Of a stretch of DNA of 64,000 nt, positions 19,738 to 31,940 are shown in pieces. Within the stretch, counting starts at the first letter, position 1. The number at the start of each line of letters is the position of its first letter. A program made the position numbers and the translations under genes. The notes beneath the pieces were generated by a model that did no database searches, was not told where the DNA came from, and saw only the letters and a list, made by a program, of their open reading frames with translations. The DNA lies in NCBI GenBank assembly GCA_963737655.1, contig CAVTTN010000002.1:2848001-2912000 (forward strand), written 5' to 3'. The stretch is from an uncultured Planctomycetota bacterium. GTDB lineage: Bacteria > Planctomycetota > Planctomycetia > Isosphaerales > Isosphaeraceae.

Positions 19738-22278
19738 ATGAGGATATCAACCCGTCTTCCGGCCGTCCTCCTGGCCGCCCTCGTCCTGGTTTTCCCGCTT
19801 CAGGCCGGGGCCCAGGTCGCGAAGACCGCGGCGGCCCCGACCGATCCAACCCCGGCCATCGTCTTCCTCGCCCCGCCTTCGGCCACGATCGGCCGGACCG
19901 TCGAATGGACCGTGTCCGGCCGAAACCTCGACCGAGTGGAGCGGTGGACCGTCTCGGGAACCGGCGTCGAAGTCCTCGAAGCCCCGGCCGGGTCGGGCGA
20001 TGCGGCGAAGCTCAAGGTCAAGGTCGATCCCACGGCCGAGCCCGGCTATCGCGAGGTCCGGGCCGTGGGTCCGGCCGGTCTGTCGAACCTCGCCGTCGTC
20101 CGAATCGACCGTCTGGACGGGGTCGCCGAGGTCGAGCCCAACGATTCGCCCGGCCTGGCCAACGAAATCCACGTCGGCCAGTCCGCCTGGGGCATCCTCA
20201 AGCCACAGGACCTCGATTTCTACCGATTTCGGGGCCGAGCAGGACAGAAACTGACGATTGATCTCGAATCCCAGCGGATCGGGACGCCCCTCGTGCCGGT
20301 CGTGACGATCCTGAATGCATCGGGCGTGCCTCTGGGGCGGGCCCGCGAGACCCGAGGAACCGATCATGACGCCCGGTTTGCCTTCGCCGTGCCGGCCGAC
20401 GGCGAGTATCGGGTCGAGGTCCGTGACGACCTCTACCGGGGCGGGGATTCGGCCTCGTATCGCCTCCGGGTCGAGGAGGCCCCGTTCGCCGTCGGCCTGT
20501 TCCCCCTGGGCGGCCCTCGGGGCGCGACGATCACCGTAACCACGTCGGGCGGCAGCCTTTCGGAGCCGAGATCCAAGACGATCACCCTGCCCGACACGCC
20601 GGGCGTCCTGGTCGATCCCGGCACGTTCGACGGCCCGGGCGGCCCGATCCTCGCTCCGATGACGTTGGTGGTGGGTGATGGCTTGCCCGAAGTCCTGGAG
20701 TCGTCGAACGATTCGCCGCTGGACGGCTCGGGCGTGATCGTGAACGGCCGGCTCGGCCAGCCGGGCGAGGTCGATCGTTTCCGCCTCGTCGGCAAGAAGG
20801 GGCGGGCGGTGGCCGTGAGGGTCCGGGCCTCGGACATGGGTTCATGGCTCGATTCGGTGGTCACGGTCCGCGATGCCTCCGGAGCCGTCGTGGCCGAGAA
20901 CGACGATCCGGGCGACTCTGCTCCCCAGCGGAACCCGTTTGCAGTCAACCAGGCGACGCCCCCGCCCGATAGCCGACTGGTGTTCGAACCCAAGGAAGAC
21001 GGCGAGTTGACGATCGAACTGGCGGACCGTTACGGCGACGGCGGGCCGGCGTTCGCCTATCGGATGGAGGTCGGCCCGAACCGACCGGACTTCGCGATCA
21101 GCCTCCTCTTCAGCGACCCGAACGCGGCCCGTCGAGGGGTCATGGCGGGAGTCAACACGCCTCCGAGACCTGCGGGTCCGGGATCGACGGGCGTTCTGAA
21201 CCTCCGGCCGGGCGTCAAGATCCCCATCAATTTCCTCCTGACGATCGACGGTCGCACCGGGCCGATCGAGGTTCGCGCCGAGGGGCTGCCCGACGGGGTG
21301 ACCGCGACGGTCCAGAAGGTCAATCCGCCGGTCCCCCCGGTCGGCCGGAACGGGATGCCGGGCCGTCCGCCGTCGGCCTCGGGCGGGAGCCTGGTCCTGA
21401 GCGTGGCCCCCGACGCCCAGCCGGTCTCGGGGACGCTTCGGATCGTGGCCACGACCCAGCCTCCCGACGGCGGCCGGCCCCTCTCCCGAGTGGCCTCGGC
21501 CGCCATTGCCATCGACACCCCCCTGCCCGGCAACGCCGGCTCCCGACCCGTCCTCCGGACCATCTCGAGCATCCCCATCCGGGTGATCGGCGAGGCGAAA
21601 AGCGCGCCGATCGCCTCGGCCGAGACGACGCCGGCCTCGATCCATCCCTCCCTGCAATTGAAGGAGATCCGGGTTCCTGGGGTGCTCTTCCAGGGGGCGA
21701 GGATGGACCTCGATTTGGACCTCGTGGCGTCCTCGGCCGACCGGCGCTCGCCCCTCCTGGCCCGGGTCTCCGGATCGGGCGTTTCCGCACTGCCCTTGTG
21801 GGACGAGCCGCCCTCGGCAGACGGGCCCGCCGCGAAGGTCCGGCTGTCGGCCTCGCCCAATGCCGATCCGGGCGTAAGGACCGTGACGGTAACGGTTTCC
21901 CCTCGCGGCCGTCCTCCGATCGAGTGGCAGGCGTCGGTGATCGTCCGGCCTCCGGTCTCGGTCCGGGTCCGCGACGAGTTGCTGGTACTCGCCCCCGATG
22001 CGACGTCCCGGCTGGTGGTCGCGATCACTCGGGAGCCGGGTTTCGACGGGCCGGTTCGGGTCGAGATCACGCCCCCTCCGGGAGTCCGGGTGCTGGGCCG
22101 GACCACGATCCCGACCCACGAAACGATCCTGGAAGTGGAGCTGGCGGGCCGGGTCCGGGATGGATCGGACTCGTCGGTGAGGGTCGTGGCGGTCGCGACG
22201 ATGACCGCGGGCGCAGTCCGCGCCGAATCGACGAATCGGGCGAAGATCGCCGGTCCGTCGGCCGAAAAAGACGATTGA
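19738..22278 (+). CDS. Secreted PPC (pre-peptidase C-terminal) domain protein
   Basis: Signal peptide MRISTRLPAVLL; EVEPNDS, DLDFYRF, FPLGGPRG, NGRLGQPGEVDRF, AENDD, YRMEV..RPDF, typical of planctomycete PPC proteins found with DUF1501. Confidence 0.8.
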   Translation: MRISTRLPAVLLAALVLVFPLQAGAQVAKTAAAPTDPTPAIVFLAPPSATIGRTVEWTVSGRNLDRVERWTVSGTGVEVLEAPAGSGDAAKLKVKVDPTAEPGYREVRAVGPAGLSNLAVVRIDRLDGVAEVEPNDSPGLANEIHVGQSAWGILKPQDLDFYRFRGRAGQKLTIDLESQRIGTPLVPVVTILNASGVPLGRARETRGTDHDARFAFAVPADGEYRVEVRDDLYRGGDSASYRLRVEEAPFAVGLFPLGGPRGATITVTTSGGSLSEPRSKTITLPDTPGVLVDPGTFDGPGGPILAPMTLVVGDGLPEVLESSNDSPLDGSGVIVNGRLGQPGEVDRFRLVGKKGRAVAVRVRASDMGSWLDSVVTVRDASGAVVAENDDPGDSAPQRNPFAVNQATPPPDSRLVFEPKEDGELTIELADRYGDGGPAFAYRMEVGPNRPDFAISLLFSDPNAARRGVMAGVNTPPRPAGPGSTGVLNLRPGVKIPINFLLTIDGRTGPIEVRAEGLPDGVTATVQKVNPPVPPVGRNGMPGRPPSASGGSLVLSVAPDAQPVSGTLRIVATTQPPDGGRPLSRVASAAIAIDTPLPGNAGSRPVLRTISSIPIRVIGEAKSAPIASAETTPASIHPSLQLKEIRVPGVLFQGARMDLDLDLVASSADRRSPLLARVSGSGVSALPLWDEPPSADGPAAKVRLSASPNADPGVRTVTVTVSPRGRPPIEWQASVIVRPPVSVRVRDELLVLAPDATSRLVVAITREPGFDGPVRVEITPPPGVRVLGRTTIPTHETILEVELAGRVRDGSDSSVRVVAVATMTAGAVRAESTNRAKIAGPSAEKDD

Positions 22279-22437
22279 CGCGCGGCCGCGAGGGTGAGGT
22301 CGTCTCGCCCGAAGGTCGCCCCCTGGCCAACGTTCCGAAACCTCAGAGTCGTCCGGTCCCCTCGGGTCGTCCCGCGTCTCGGTCCGCCCGGACCGGATCG
22401 GTCGGTCCGGGCCCCTCGCCCAGAAAGGCTCATCGCG

Positions 22438-23739
22438 ATGTTGATGCGACACCTCGGCCGCCTCCTCGCCCCGGCGGCCTGGATCGGGCTCGCGGCCCTT
22501 GCGCCCGGCCTGTCGGCCCTCGCCGATGCCCCCGCCGAAACCCGGACCGTCTCGGTCCTCCAGGCCCAGAAAGACGGCTCGCTGAAGGTCACGGTCCGCG
22601 GCCAGGGGGACGACCGGGTCAAGTTCACGATCAAGAATACGTCCAAAGCCCGGCTGAACGTGGTGATCCCGCCCGGCCTGGTCGCCTCGGCCACCCCGGG
22701 CCAGGGCGGTTTCCAGAGCATGGGCCTGGGCACGCCCACCAACCAGCCCGGCCGCTTCGGCGCCTTCCGCAACCCGGGCCAGGGGGGCGACGGCTTCCGC
22801 TCCGTCCCCCCGGCCGTCCCCGAGCCGGTGGGGATCGCCGTCTCGCCGGGCCAGACCGAGGAGTTCGTCCTCCACTCGGTCTGCCTGAATTACGGCGTGA
22901 ACACCCCGACCCCTCGCAATACGTTCACGCTGATGGATGTTGAGGAATACACGCCCGATGTCCGCATCCGCAAGGCCCTGCGGAGCCTCGCCACCCTGGG
23001 CACCAGCCACATGGTGGCCCAGGCGACGATGTGGCACGTCGCCAACGGGATGACCTGGGAGCAGCTCGCCCGCAACACGGTCAAGCCGGTCAACGCCTTC
23101 GAGCTCGCCCAGGCCGCACGGTTCGTCGAGGCGGTGGACGGCTCCAGCTCGTCGGAAATCGTGGACCCGGCTTACTTTCGGAACAACCGAATCCTCGTTC
23201 GAGTCCTCGGCGAGGGCCCGTTGACGAAGGACGCGAGGCGATTCGGCAGCGAGCTGGAGGGCGTGAAGGTGCTCGGCCTGCCGGCCCACATGGCCCAGGA
23301 CGGCACCGAGGGCTTCGAGAAGGCCGGCACGATCCTCTTGACGGTGAATCTCGTGCCGTCGAAGCCCGGCCAGGCCGCCGCGAAGGTCACCCTGCGGCAC
23401 GCATCGGCCCTGGGAGGCTGGGACAACCTCGGCTCCGCCGGCCTTCAGTCCGCCTCGGACCTCTCGAAGATGACCCCCGAGGATTTCGCGGCCGAGCTCG
23501 ATCGGGCCGTCTCCAGGGCGTTCGTGACGGTCGTCCCCGCGAGACGCTCCGCCGGGATGACCACGATGAAGATCACCAACCGCCTGCCGATGACGATCGC
23601 CACCGTGACCCTCAAGGCCGGCAAGGCCGAGGACACCGTCCGGACCGAGGCCCTCGGGATCGGCCCCATGAGGCACGCCTTCGTCCCGATCCCGGCCGCC
23701 ACCGCGACCATCGATCGGGTCGATCTCAACGGCCTTTGA
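22438..23739 (+). CDS. Hypothetical secreted protein
   Basis: AGAAAGG SD; signal-peptide-like N-terminus; strong GC3 bias; HSVCLNYGVNTP motif. Confidence 0.75.
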   Translation: MLMRHLGRLLAPAAWIGLAALAPGLSALADAPAETRTVSVLQAQKDGSLKVTVRGQGDDRVKFTIKNTSKARLNVVIPPGLVASATPGQGGFQSMGLGTPTNQPGRFGAFRNPGQGGDGFRSVPPAVPEPVGIAVSPGQTEEFVLHSVCLNYGVNTPTPRNTFTLMDVEEYTPDVRIRKALRSLATLGTSHMVAQATMWHVANGMTWEQLARNTVKPVNAFELAQAARFVEAVDGSSSSEIVDPAYFRNNRILVRVLGEGPLTKDARRFGSELEGVKVLGLPAHMAQDGTEGFEKAGTILLTVNLVPSKPGQAAAKVTLRHASALGGWDNLGSAGLQSASDLSKMTPEDFAAELDRAVSRAFVTVVPARRSAGMTTMKITNRLPMTIATVTLKAGKAEDTVRTEALGIGPMRHAFVPIPAATATIDRVDLNGL

Positions 23740-23762
23740 TCGATTCGGCCCCGCAGACATCG

Positions 23763-23814
23763 ACGCCCGAGGCTCCCGGAAGCCGCAAACCGGGAGGCTC
23801 GGGCGTTCTTGTTT
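23763..23814 (+). terminator. Putative intrinsic terminator between convergent genes
   Basis: Imperfect stem acgcccgag..ctcccgg / ccgggag..ctcgggcgt followed by tcttgttt. Confidence 0.55.
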
Positions 23815-23830
23815 GGCCCGGCGGAACGCG

Positions 23831-24913
23831 TCAAGGCGCGGTGCCCGTCGCGAGCAGGTAGACCGCGAACGAGGCCAGCCAGTGCTCCCCGGCGTAGTCT
23901 CCGCTGGCGACGTGCTCCAGGCCCGCCTGGGCGTGCTTCTCGGCCGATTTCGTCAGGGAGGCTCGCGCGGGGTGATCGGCGGGAAGGGCATTGGCGATCC
24001 CCTTCATGGCCCAGGCCCGGCTGAGGTTCAGGCCGTCGAGGTGGACGAGCTGGGGGTCGGACCGGTCGGTCACGATGGCGGGTTCGAAGAGCGATTTCGG
24101 CTCGGATTTCGAGGCCCCGGGGAGGAACCTCTCGAACCAGGCCCGGAATTCGTTCTCGGGGAGGACCCGACGCATCAGGTCCGCCTCCATCAGCGACGGC
24201 GAGAAGAAGTCCGAGCCCGAGGGCTCCCATTTCGCCGGCGCGTCGGTGTCTTCGAGGAAGTACGACCGCGCCCGGGACTCGACCAGGGCCCGGAGCGGGG
24301 CGTTGCCGACTTTCTTCGCGTACTCGTGGGCAAGGAGCAGGCCGAAGGCCGTGTTGGGGTGAACACCCGTTCGGATCGGATAGGTCTGCTTGGGGAAGAA
24401 TTCGAGATATCGGGCCACGAGGATGTCTTCGACGGGCCGGAGGTGCTCTCGCCAAGAGCGGGCATCGGGGTCGTCCCAGCCGTCGAGCTCCTCGGCGAGC
24501 TTCAGGAACCAGGCCCAGCCGTAGGGACGCTCGAACGGCTTGCTTTCCTTCCGGGAGAAGTACTCGGCCTCGGCCTTGAGGTTGGCGGTCGAGAGGTGAT
24601 CGTTCAGGACCGCGCGGATCTCTTTCGCCTCGGGGAGATCGGGGAAGGTCTTCAGGATGCGGACGAGCATCCAGTGGCCGTGGACCGAGGAATGCCAGTC
24701 GTAGGAGCCGAAGAACGAGGGGTGAAGCGCCTTCGGGGCCTTCACGTCGCCGGGTCCGTTCATCACGTGGTCGAGCTTGTTGGGATATTCCTGGCTCAGG
24801 CCCTTCAGGGCGAGCCGGGCGAAGCCGGAGGCTCGCTCGGGGGTCAGGTCAGCCGATGTTGGTGGTGTCAAAAACAGGACGACAAGAAAGGCCGGAAGGA
24901 TCGTTCGACTCAC
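23831..24913 (-). CDS. DUF2891 family protein
   Basis: EYPNK, LHPSFFGSYDWHSSVHGHW, FERPYGWAW, HLDGLNLSRAW, YAGEHWLASFA. Confidence 0.9.
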   Translation of the reverse strand: MSRTILPAFLVVLFLTPPTSADLTPERASGFARLALKGLSQEYPNKLDHVMNGPGDVKAPKALHPSFFGSYDWHSSVHGHWMLVRILKTFPDLPEAKEIRAVLNDHLSTANLKAEAEYFSRKESKPFERPYGWAWFLKLAEELDGWDDPDARSWREHLRPVEDILVARYLEFFPKQTYPIRTGVHPNTAFGLLLAHEYAKKVGNAPLRALVESRARSYFLEDTDAPAKWEPSGSDFFSPSLMEADLMRRVLPENEFRAWFERFLPGASKSEPKSLFEPAIVTDRSDPQLVHLDGLNLSRAWAMKGIANALPADHPARASLTKSAEKHAQAGLEHVASGDYAGEHWLASFAVYLLATGTAP

Positions 24914-25072
24914 GAGTGACGCTCCAGGGAGGGGCCGTGTTGGGCCTCCAGGGTAGCATGACGAGGCCGTCCCCGGCAGGGCCCCGATGGCGAACGTCCG
25001 CCCGTCCTCCGGCCCGCCCGATCGGCCTTCGGTGAGAAAAGTAAACAGGCCGCGGAGACCCGTCCGAAGCGC

Positions 25073-25101
25073 TTGACGGCTTCACTGGCGTTGTTTAAGG
25101 T
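25073..25101 (+). promoter_or_regulatory. Putative sigma70 promoter of the MBOAT operon
   Basis: TTGACG-17 nt-TAAGGT, about 70 nt upstream of the ATG at 25173. Confidence 0.45.
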
Positions 25102-25172
25102 CTTCATGAAGCGTGCCACGGTGCTGAGGCACTTTCATAGATAGACCTTCGTGGCTCTATCGGTCGTCCTGT

Positions 25173-26354
25173 ATGATCTATAATGAAATAGCGTTCTACG
25201 TACTATTCCTGCTCCCGTGCGTCGTGCTGTTTCATGCCACGGGGCCGCGGGTCCGGCCCTGGGTCATCACGTCGTTCGGGGTGGGGTTTTTTGTCTATTA
25301 CGGTTATTACGCATTCGGCGGGGTGTGGGGCGCCGCGTGTGTTCTGATCTTCGTCTGGGAGTTGCTGGTTTCTCGGCTGTATCGCAAGGGATCGCGATGG
25401 TGCCTGGTCGGCGTGGTCCAGGCGGTGCTCATCCTGTCGGTCTTCAAATACGGGACGTTCCTGGGCGGGCTTTGGACCGACGTGACGGGCCTGGCGATGC
25501 TGGCGAACCTGGGACCGGTCCCTCGTTTGATCCTCCCGCTGGGGATCAGCTTCTTCACGTTCGAGTTCATCCACTTCGCCGTGGACCGGTATCGGGGTGA
25601 CATCGAGGAGGCGACCCTGGCCGAGTATTCGGCGTTCATCTTCTTCTTCCCGACGATGGTGGCCGGCCCGATCAAGAGGTATCAGGAGTTCGTCCCCAAG
25701 CTGGCCTCCGCCCGGCTCGACCCGGACCTGGTCTCCCGGGGGATCACGCGAATCCTCGTGGGGCTGGCGAAGAAATCCGTCCTGGCAGACACCTTCACGC
25801 TCTGGTCGGACAAGCTCAACACCTCGGCTCTGGTCACCGCCAGCCCCCCGACGGTCCTGGGCTGGATCCTGGCCTACGGGATGAAGATCTACTTCGACTT
25901 CTCGGGCTACTCGGACATCGCGATCGGCTGTGGCTACCTCTTCGGCATCCCCGTGCCGGAGAACTTCCGCTGGCCGTACGCGAGCCGGAACATCGCCGAG
26001 TTCTGGAGGCGCTGGCACATCTCGCTCGGCCGATGGATTTTTGATTACGTCTACAAGCCCCTGGGCGGCTCCAGGCGAGGCGAGGGCCGCACGGCGTTCA
26101 ACCTCCTGGTGGCGTTCGGGGTCTCGGGCCTGTGGCACGGGGCGGCGTACAACTTCATCGCCTGGGGCCTCTGGCACGGGATCTTGATGGTGATCTACCG
26201 GACGTGGTCGCGCCTCGCCGACCGGTTGGGCTGGAGGCTGCCGGCGGCCCTCGGGCTGACCCTCACGTTCGTGACGGTGAACCTGGGCTGGGGACTATTC
26301 GCGATGGACATGCCGCGAGTGCTGATCGCGGCCCGGAGGATCCTGGGACGATGA
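25173..26354 (+). CDS. MBOAT family O-acyltransferase (DltB/AlgI-like, DltB-sized)
   Basis: LPLGISFFTF, FFPTMVAGPI, YFDFSGYSDIAIG, ENFxxPY, EFWRRWHISL and catalytic GLWHGA; 393 aa with no AlgI-type C-terminal FxYxxF tail. Confidence 0.93.
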   Translation: MIYNEIAFYVLFLLPCVVLFHATGPRVRPWVITSFGVGFFVYYGYYAFGGVWGAACVLIFVWELLVSRLYRKGSRWCLVGVVQAVLILSVFKYGTFLGGLWTDVTGLAMLANLGPVPRLILPLGISFFTFEFIHFAVDRYRGDIEEATLAEYSAFIFFFPTMVAGPIKRYQEFVPKLASARLDPDLVSRGITRILVGLAKKSVLADTFTLWSDKLNTSALVTASPPTVLGWILAYGMKIYFDFSGYSDIAIGCGYLFGIPVPENFRWPYASRNIAEFWRRWHISLGRWIFDYVYKPLGGSRRGEGRTAFNLLVAFGVSGLWHGAAYNFIAWGLWHGILMVIYRTWSRLADRLGWRLPAALGLTLTFVTVNLGWGLFAMDMPRVLIAARRILGR

Positions 26355-26536
26355 CCTCTCTCATCACGCGGATCGGGACGACCCTGGAAGTCCTCTCGGG
26401 GTCGCGTCCGTGGACCGATCGTATGGCCTCGAGCCTCGCGGTCCGGGCATTCTGGGGGTGGTGGTGGGCGACGTTGCTCGTCCTGGTCCTCCTGTTCAGC
26501 CGAGGCAATTCGAAATTCGTGTACATCGACTTTTAA
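26351..26536 (+). CDS. DltX-like single-pass micropeptide (61 aa) ending in FVYIDF
   Basis: ATG overlaps the MBOAT stop (ATGA). Translation: MTSLITRIGTTLEVLSGSRPWTDRMASSLAVRAFWGWWWATLLVLVLLFSRGNSKFVYIDF-stop, i.e. a TM helix plus a terminal F-x-Y-x-x-F motif. Confidence 0.8.
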   Translation: MTSLITRIGTTLEVLSGSRPWTDRMASSLAVRAFWGWWWATLLVLVLLFSRGNSKFVYIDF

Positions 26537-26547
26537 GAGAATGCGTC

Positions 26548-27597
26548 ATGAAGCCCGTCGTCCTGCAGATCCTCATCGCCGCCCTGACCCTCGCGGGATA
26601 TGACCGCGCGCTGGCCTGGCACGCCTCGCGGACGAACCTCCACCTCCGCAAGATCGTGGAGGCCGGATCGCGAGCCGAAGATGCCCTGGTGTTCGTGGGG
26701 GATTCGCGGGCCCAGGCCGCCCTGGACCTCCCGGAGCTGCGGAGGGCCCTGCGGGCCCAGGGCGCCCCGGACGACGTGGTGAACCTCTCGCTCAACTCCA
26801 CCCGGATCGCCTGGCATTCGCTGATCGCCCGCGAGCAGGCCCGCCGATGGCCCAGGACGCGGGGCGTGGTCCTGTGCTTCGGCATCAATCGGATGCTCGA
26901 GGACCATCCCGATCCCGACCCCGGCCAGTGGACGGGGTTCGACAGCGTCCTGGTCGACGTGATCGGCCCCGGGGAGCTGGACGAGTTCATGCCAGGAGGC
27001 CTGATCCGCCACCCGATCTGGTCGCTCAAATATGGCCTCGGCCGCTGCCTGGCGATGGTTCGCTATCGATCGAACCTCGCCCAGGGCGTGAGCAACCGCC
27101 TGAACGCCCTGGCCAACCCGCCGAGGGCCCGCACGAACGCCGAGCGGTTCGGCTACCTCGAGGACATGATCGAGTTGCAGAGGCAGAGCCGGGCCGAGTC
27201 CCAGGCCCTCCTCGTGCAGCGACGGACGGGCGACGGATGGAGGCTCAACCCCTGGTTCGACGAGCTTCGTCGCGAGCTGAAAGCCCGGGAAATCCCCCTC
27301 TATCTGGTCGAGCTCCCGGTCATCCAGGAGGACCGGAACCAGGTCACCCAGAGGCCGGAATGCCGGGAGTTCCGGGCCTGGCTGACCCGCCTCGTCGAGG
27401 CCGACGGGGGCCGATACATCGACCTCGGCCAGCTCCCGGGGGTGACCGACGACCACTTCCCCGACGAGGTCCACATGGACGAATCCGCCGCCCGGATCGT
27501 CTCCCAGGCGATCGGCGAGGCGCTCGCCAGGATCCTCAAGGCACCTCGCGATCCGGGGTCCGGGGCCGACTCGAAACGCCCCGGGACCCCGGACTAG
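26548..27597 (+). CDS. Membrane-anchored SGNH-fold protein (DltD/AlgJ-like acyltransferase)
   Basis: N-terminal anchor; block I FVGDSR; C-terminal FPDEVH (DxxH); starts 11 nt after the micropeptide. Confidence 0.75.
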   Translation: MKPVVLQILIAALTLAGYDRALAWHASRTNLHLRKIVEAGSRAEDALVFVGDSRAQAALDLPELRRALRAQGAPDDVVNLSLNSTRIAWHSLIAREQARRWPRTRGVVLCFGINRMLEDHPDPDPGQWTGFDSVLVDVIGPGELDEFMPGGLIRHPIWSLKYGLGRCLAMVRYRSNLAQGVSNRLNALANPPRARTNAERFGYLEDMIELQRQSRAESQALLVQRRTGDGWRLNPWFDELRRELKAREIPLYLVELPVIQEDRNQVTQRPECREFRAWLTRLVEADGGRYIDLGQLPGVTDDHFPDEVHMDESAARIVSQAIGEALARILKAPRDPGSGADSKRPGTPD

Positions 27598-27603
27598 CCC
27601 GCC

Positions 27604-29794
<2,191 letters not shown>

Positions 29795-30112
29795 CGAGGG
29801 GAATCGGTGCGAACCGCTCCGTCCGGGGTTGCGAATCGGGTTTCGCGGCCTCATTCTCGTCCAGTGTATACCGGCGAGAATCGTCCAGCCTTTCTTTATC
29901 ATACTTTCCCGAGGTTGTCAGGTTCCCTGGGGGGATCGGGCCGGGTCCTCTCCTTCTCGTCCCGCCCCGAGTCGGGGGACGGGCGATCGAACCCGGCAGG
30001 CTCCCTCGGCTCGCGATTTGCGAGCACTGCAAGATCCGGGCCGACCGACCGCGGGCGAACGATCGCGCCCCGGGTCGCCGCCGAGTCGATTCCAGGGGGG
30101 GCTTCGCTCGCC

Positions 30113-31765
30113 ATGGCCGAAGATGGTCTCTGGTTCAAGGATGCCGTGTTCTACGAGCTCCACGTCCGCTCGTTCCAGGACGGCAACGGCGACGGCATCG
30201 GCGACTTCCGCGGGCTGACCAGCCGCCTGGATTACCTCCGAGACCTGGGCGTCGATTGCATCTGGCTCCTGCCCTTCTTCGAGTCGCCCCTGCGCGATGA
30301 CGGGTACGACATCGCCGACTACCGGAAGATCCACCCCAATTACGGGACCATGGACGACTTCCAGGAGTTCCTCGACGCCGCCCACGCCCGGGGGCTCCGC
30401 GTGATCGCGGACCTCGTCGATGAATCACACCAGCGACCAGCACCCCTGGTTCAAGCGGGCCGTCGAGTCGCCCCCGGGGTCGATCGAGCGCGACTATTAC
30501 GTCTGGAGCGACACCGACCAGAGGTACAAGGACGCCCGGATCATCTTCCTCGACACCGAGAGGTCCAACTGGTCCTGGCACCCCGTCGCCCAGGCGTATT
30601 ACTGGCACCGCTTCTACTCCCAGCAGCCGGACCTGAACTACGACAATCCCCAGGTCCGCGAGGCGATGCTCGACAACTTCCGCTTCTGGCTGGACAAGGG
30701 CCTGGACGGCTTCCGCTGCGACGCCGTCCCCTACCTCTTCGAACGCGAGGGCACCAACTGCGAGAACCTGCCGGAGACCCACCTCTATCTCAAGGAACTC
30801 CGCGCCGTGATCGATCGCGAGTACTCCGGCCGGGTCCTCCTGGCCGAGGCCAACCAGTGGCCCAGCGACGTGAGGGCCTACTTCGGCGACGGCGACGAGT
30901 TCCACATGGCGTTCCACTTCCCCTTGATGCCCCGCTTGTTCATGGCCTTGCGCAAGGAAGACCGCTCGCCGATCGTCGAGATCCTCGCCCGGACCCCCGC
31001 CATCCCCGACTCCTGCCAGTGGGGCATCTTCCTCCGCAATCACGACGAATTGACGTTGGAGATGGTCACCGACGAAGAACGCGACTACATGTATCACGAA
31101 TACGCCAAAGACCGGAAGATGCGCATCAACCTCGGCATCCGTCGGCGGCTCGCGCCCCTGATGGACAACCGCAGGAGGCGGATCGAGCTGATGAACGGCC
31201 TGCTGATGAGCCTGCCCGGCAGCCCGATCCTGTATTACGGCGACGAGATCGGCATGGGCGATAACATCTACCTGGGCGATCGCGACGGCGTCCGGACCCC
31301 CATGCAGTGGAGCATCGACCGCAACGGCGGGTTCTCCCGGTGCGACCCGGCCGCGCTCACGTCCCCCGCGATCCAGGACCCGATCTACGGCTACCTCGCC
31401 GTGAACGTCGAGAGCCAGGAGAGGCAGAATTCCTCGCTCCTGAACTGGATGAAATCGCTGATCGCCACCCGGAAGAAATACCCCGCCTGGGCCGAGGGAC
31501 GACCGAGTTCGTCGCGAGCGAGAACCGTTCCGTCCTGGCGTTCGTCAGGAAGACCGAGAGCCAGACGGTCCTCTGCGTGAACAACCTCTCGCAGCACGCC
31601 CAGCCCGTGGCGCTGGACCTCTCGGCCTACCTCGGCTGCGTGCCCGTCGAGATGGGCGGCGACCAGAAGTTCCCTCCGATCGGCCGGGCCCCCTATTTCC
31701 TCAGCCTCGGCGGCTACGACTTCTTCTGGTTCCAGCTCGAGGGCGCGCCGGAAGTCGTCGTGTAG
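30113..31765 (+). CDS. treS: Trehalose synthase (maltose alpha-D-glucosyltransferase); frameshifts near 30419 and 31487
   Basis: [89 protein letters not shown]. Confidence 0.9.
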
Positions 31766-31940
31766 GGTGCATGAACTACGCCAGCTTCCACCTCGCGGGC
31801 GATCGAGCAACACCGCTCGCCGGGCCGTTTCGAGACCGATCCAGGTCGTGGGAAATCCCGGGGCCGTCGTCGGTTGAATCCTCGGTGCATTTCATCCACC
31901 CTACGCCGAGAATGCCTCCTTTCCCCCAGGAGTCGCCGAA

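Noticed and set aside
26132..26350. 134-aa version of the DltX-like ORF given in the track
   Set aside because: The upstream part overlaps the MBOAT out of frame; the ATG at 26351 with ATGA coupling is the plausible start.
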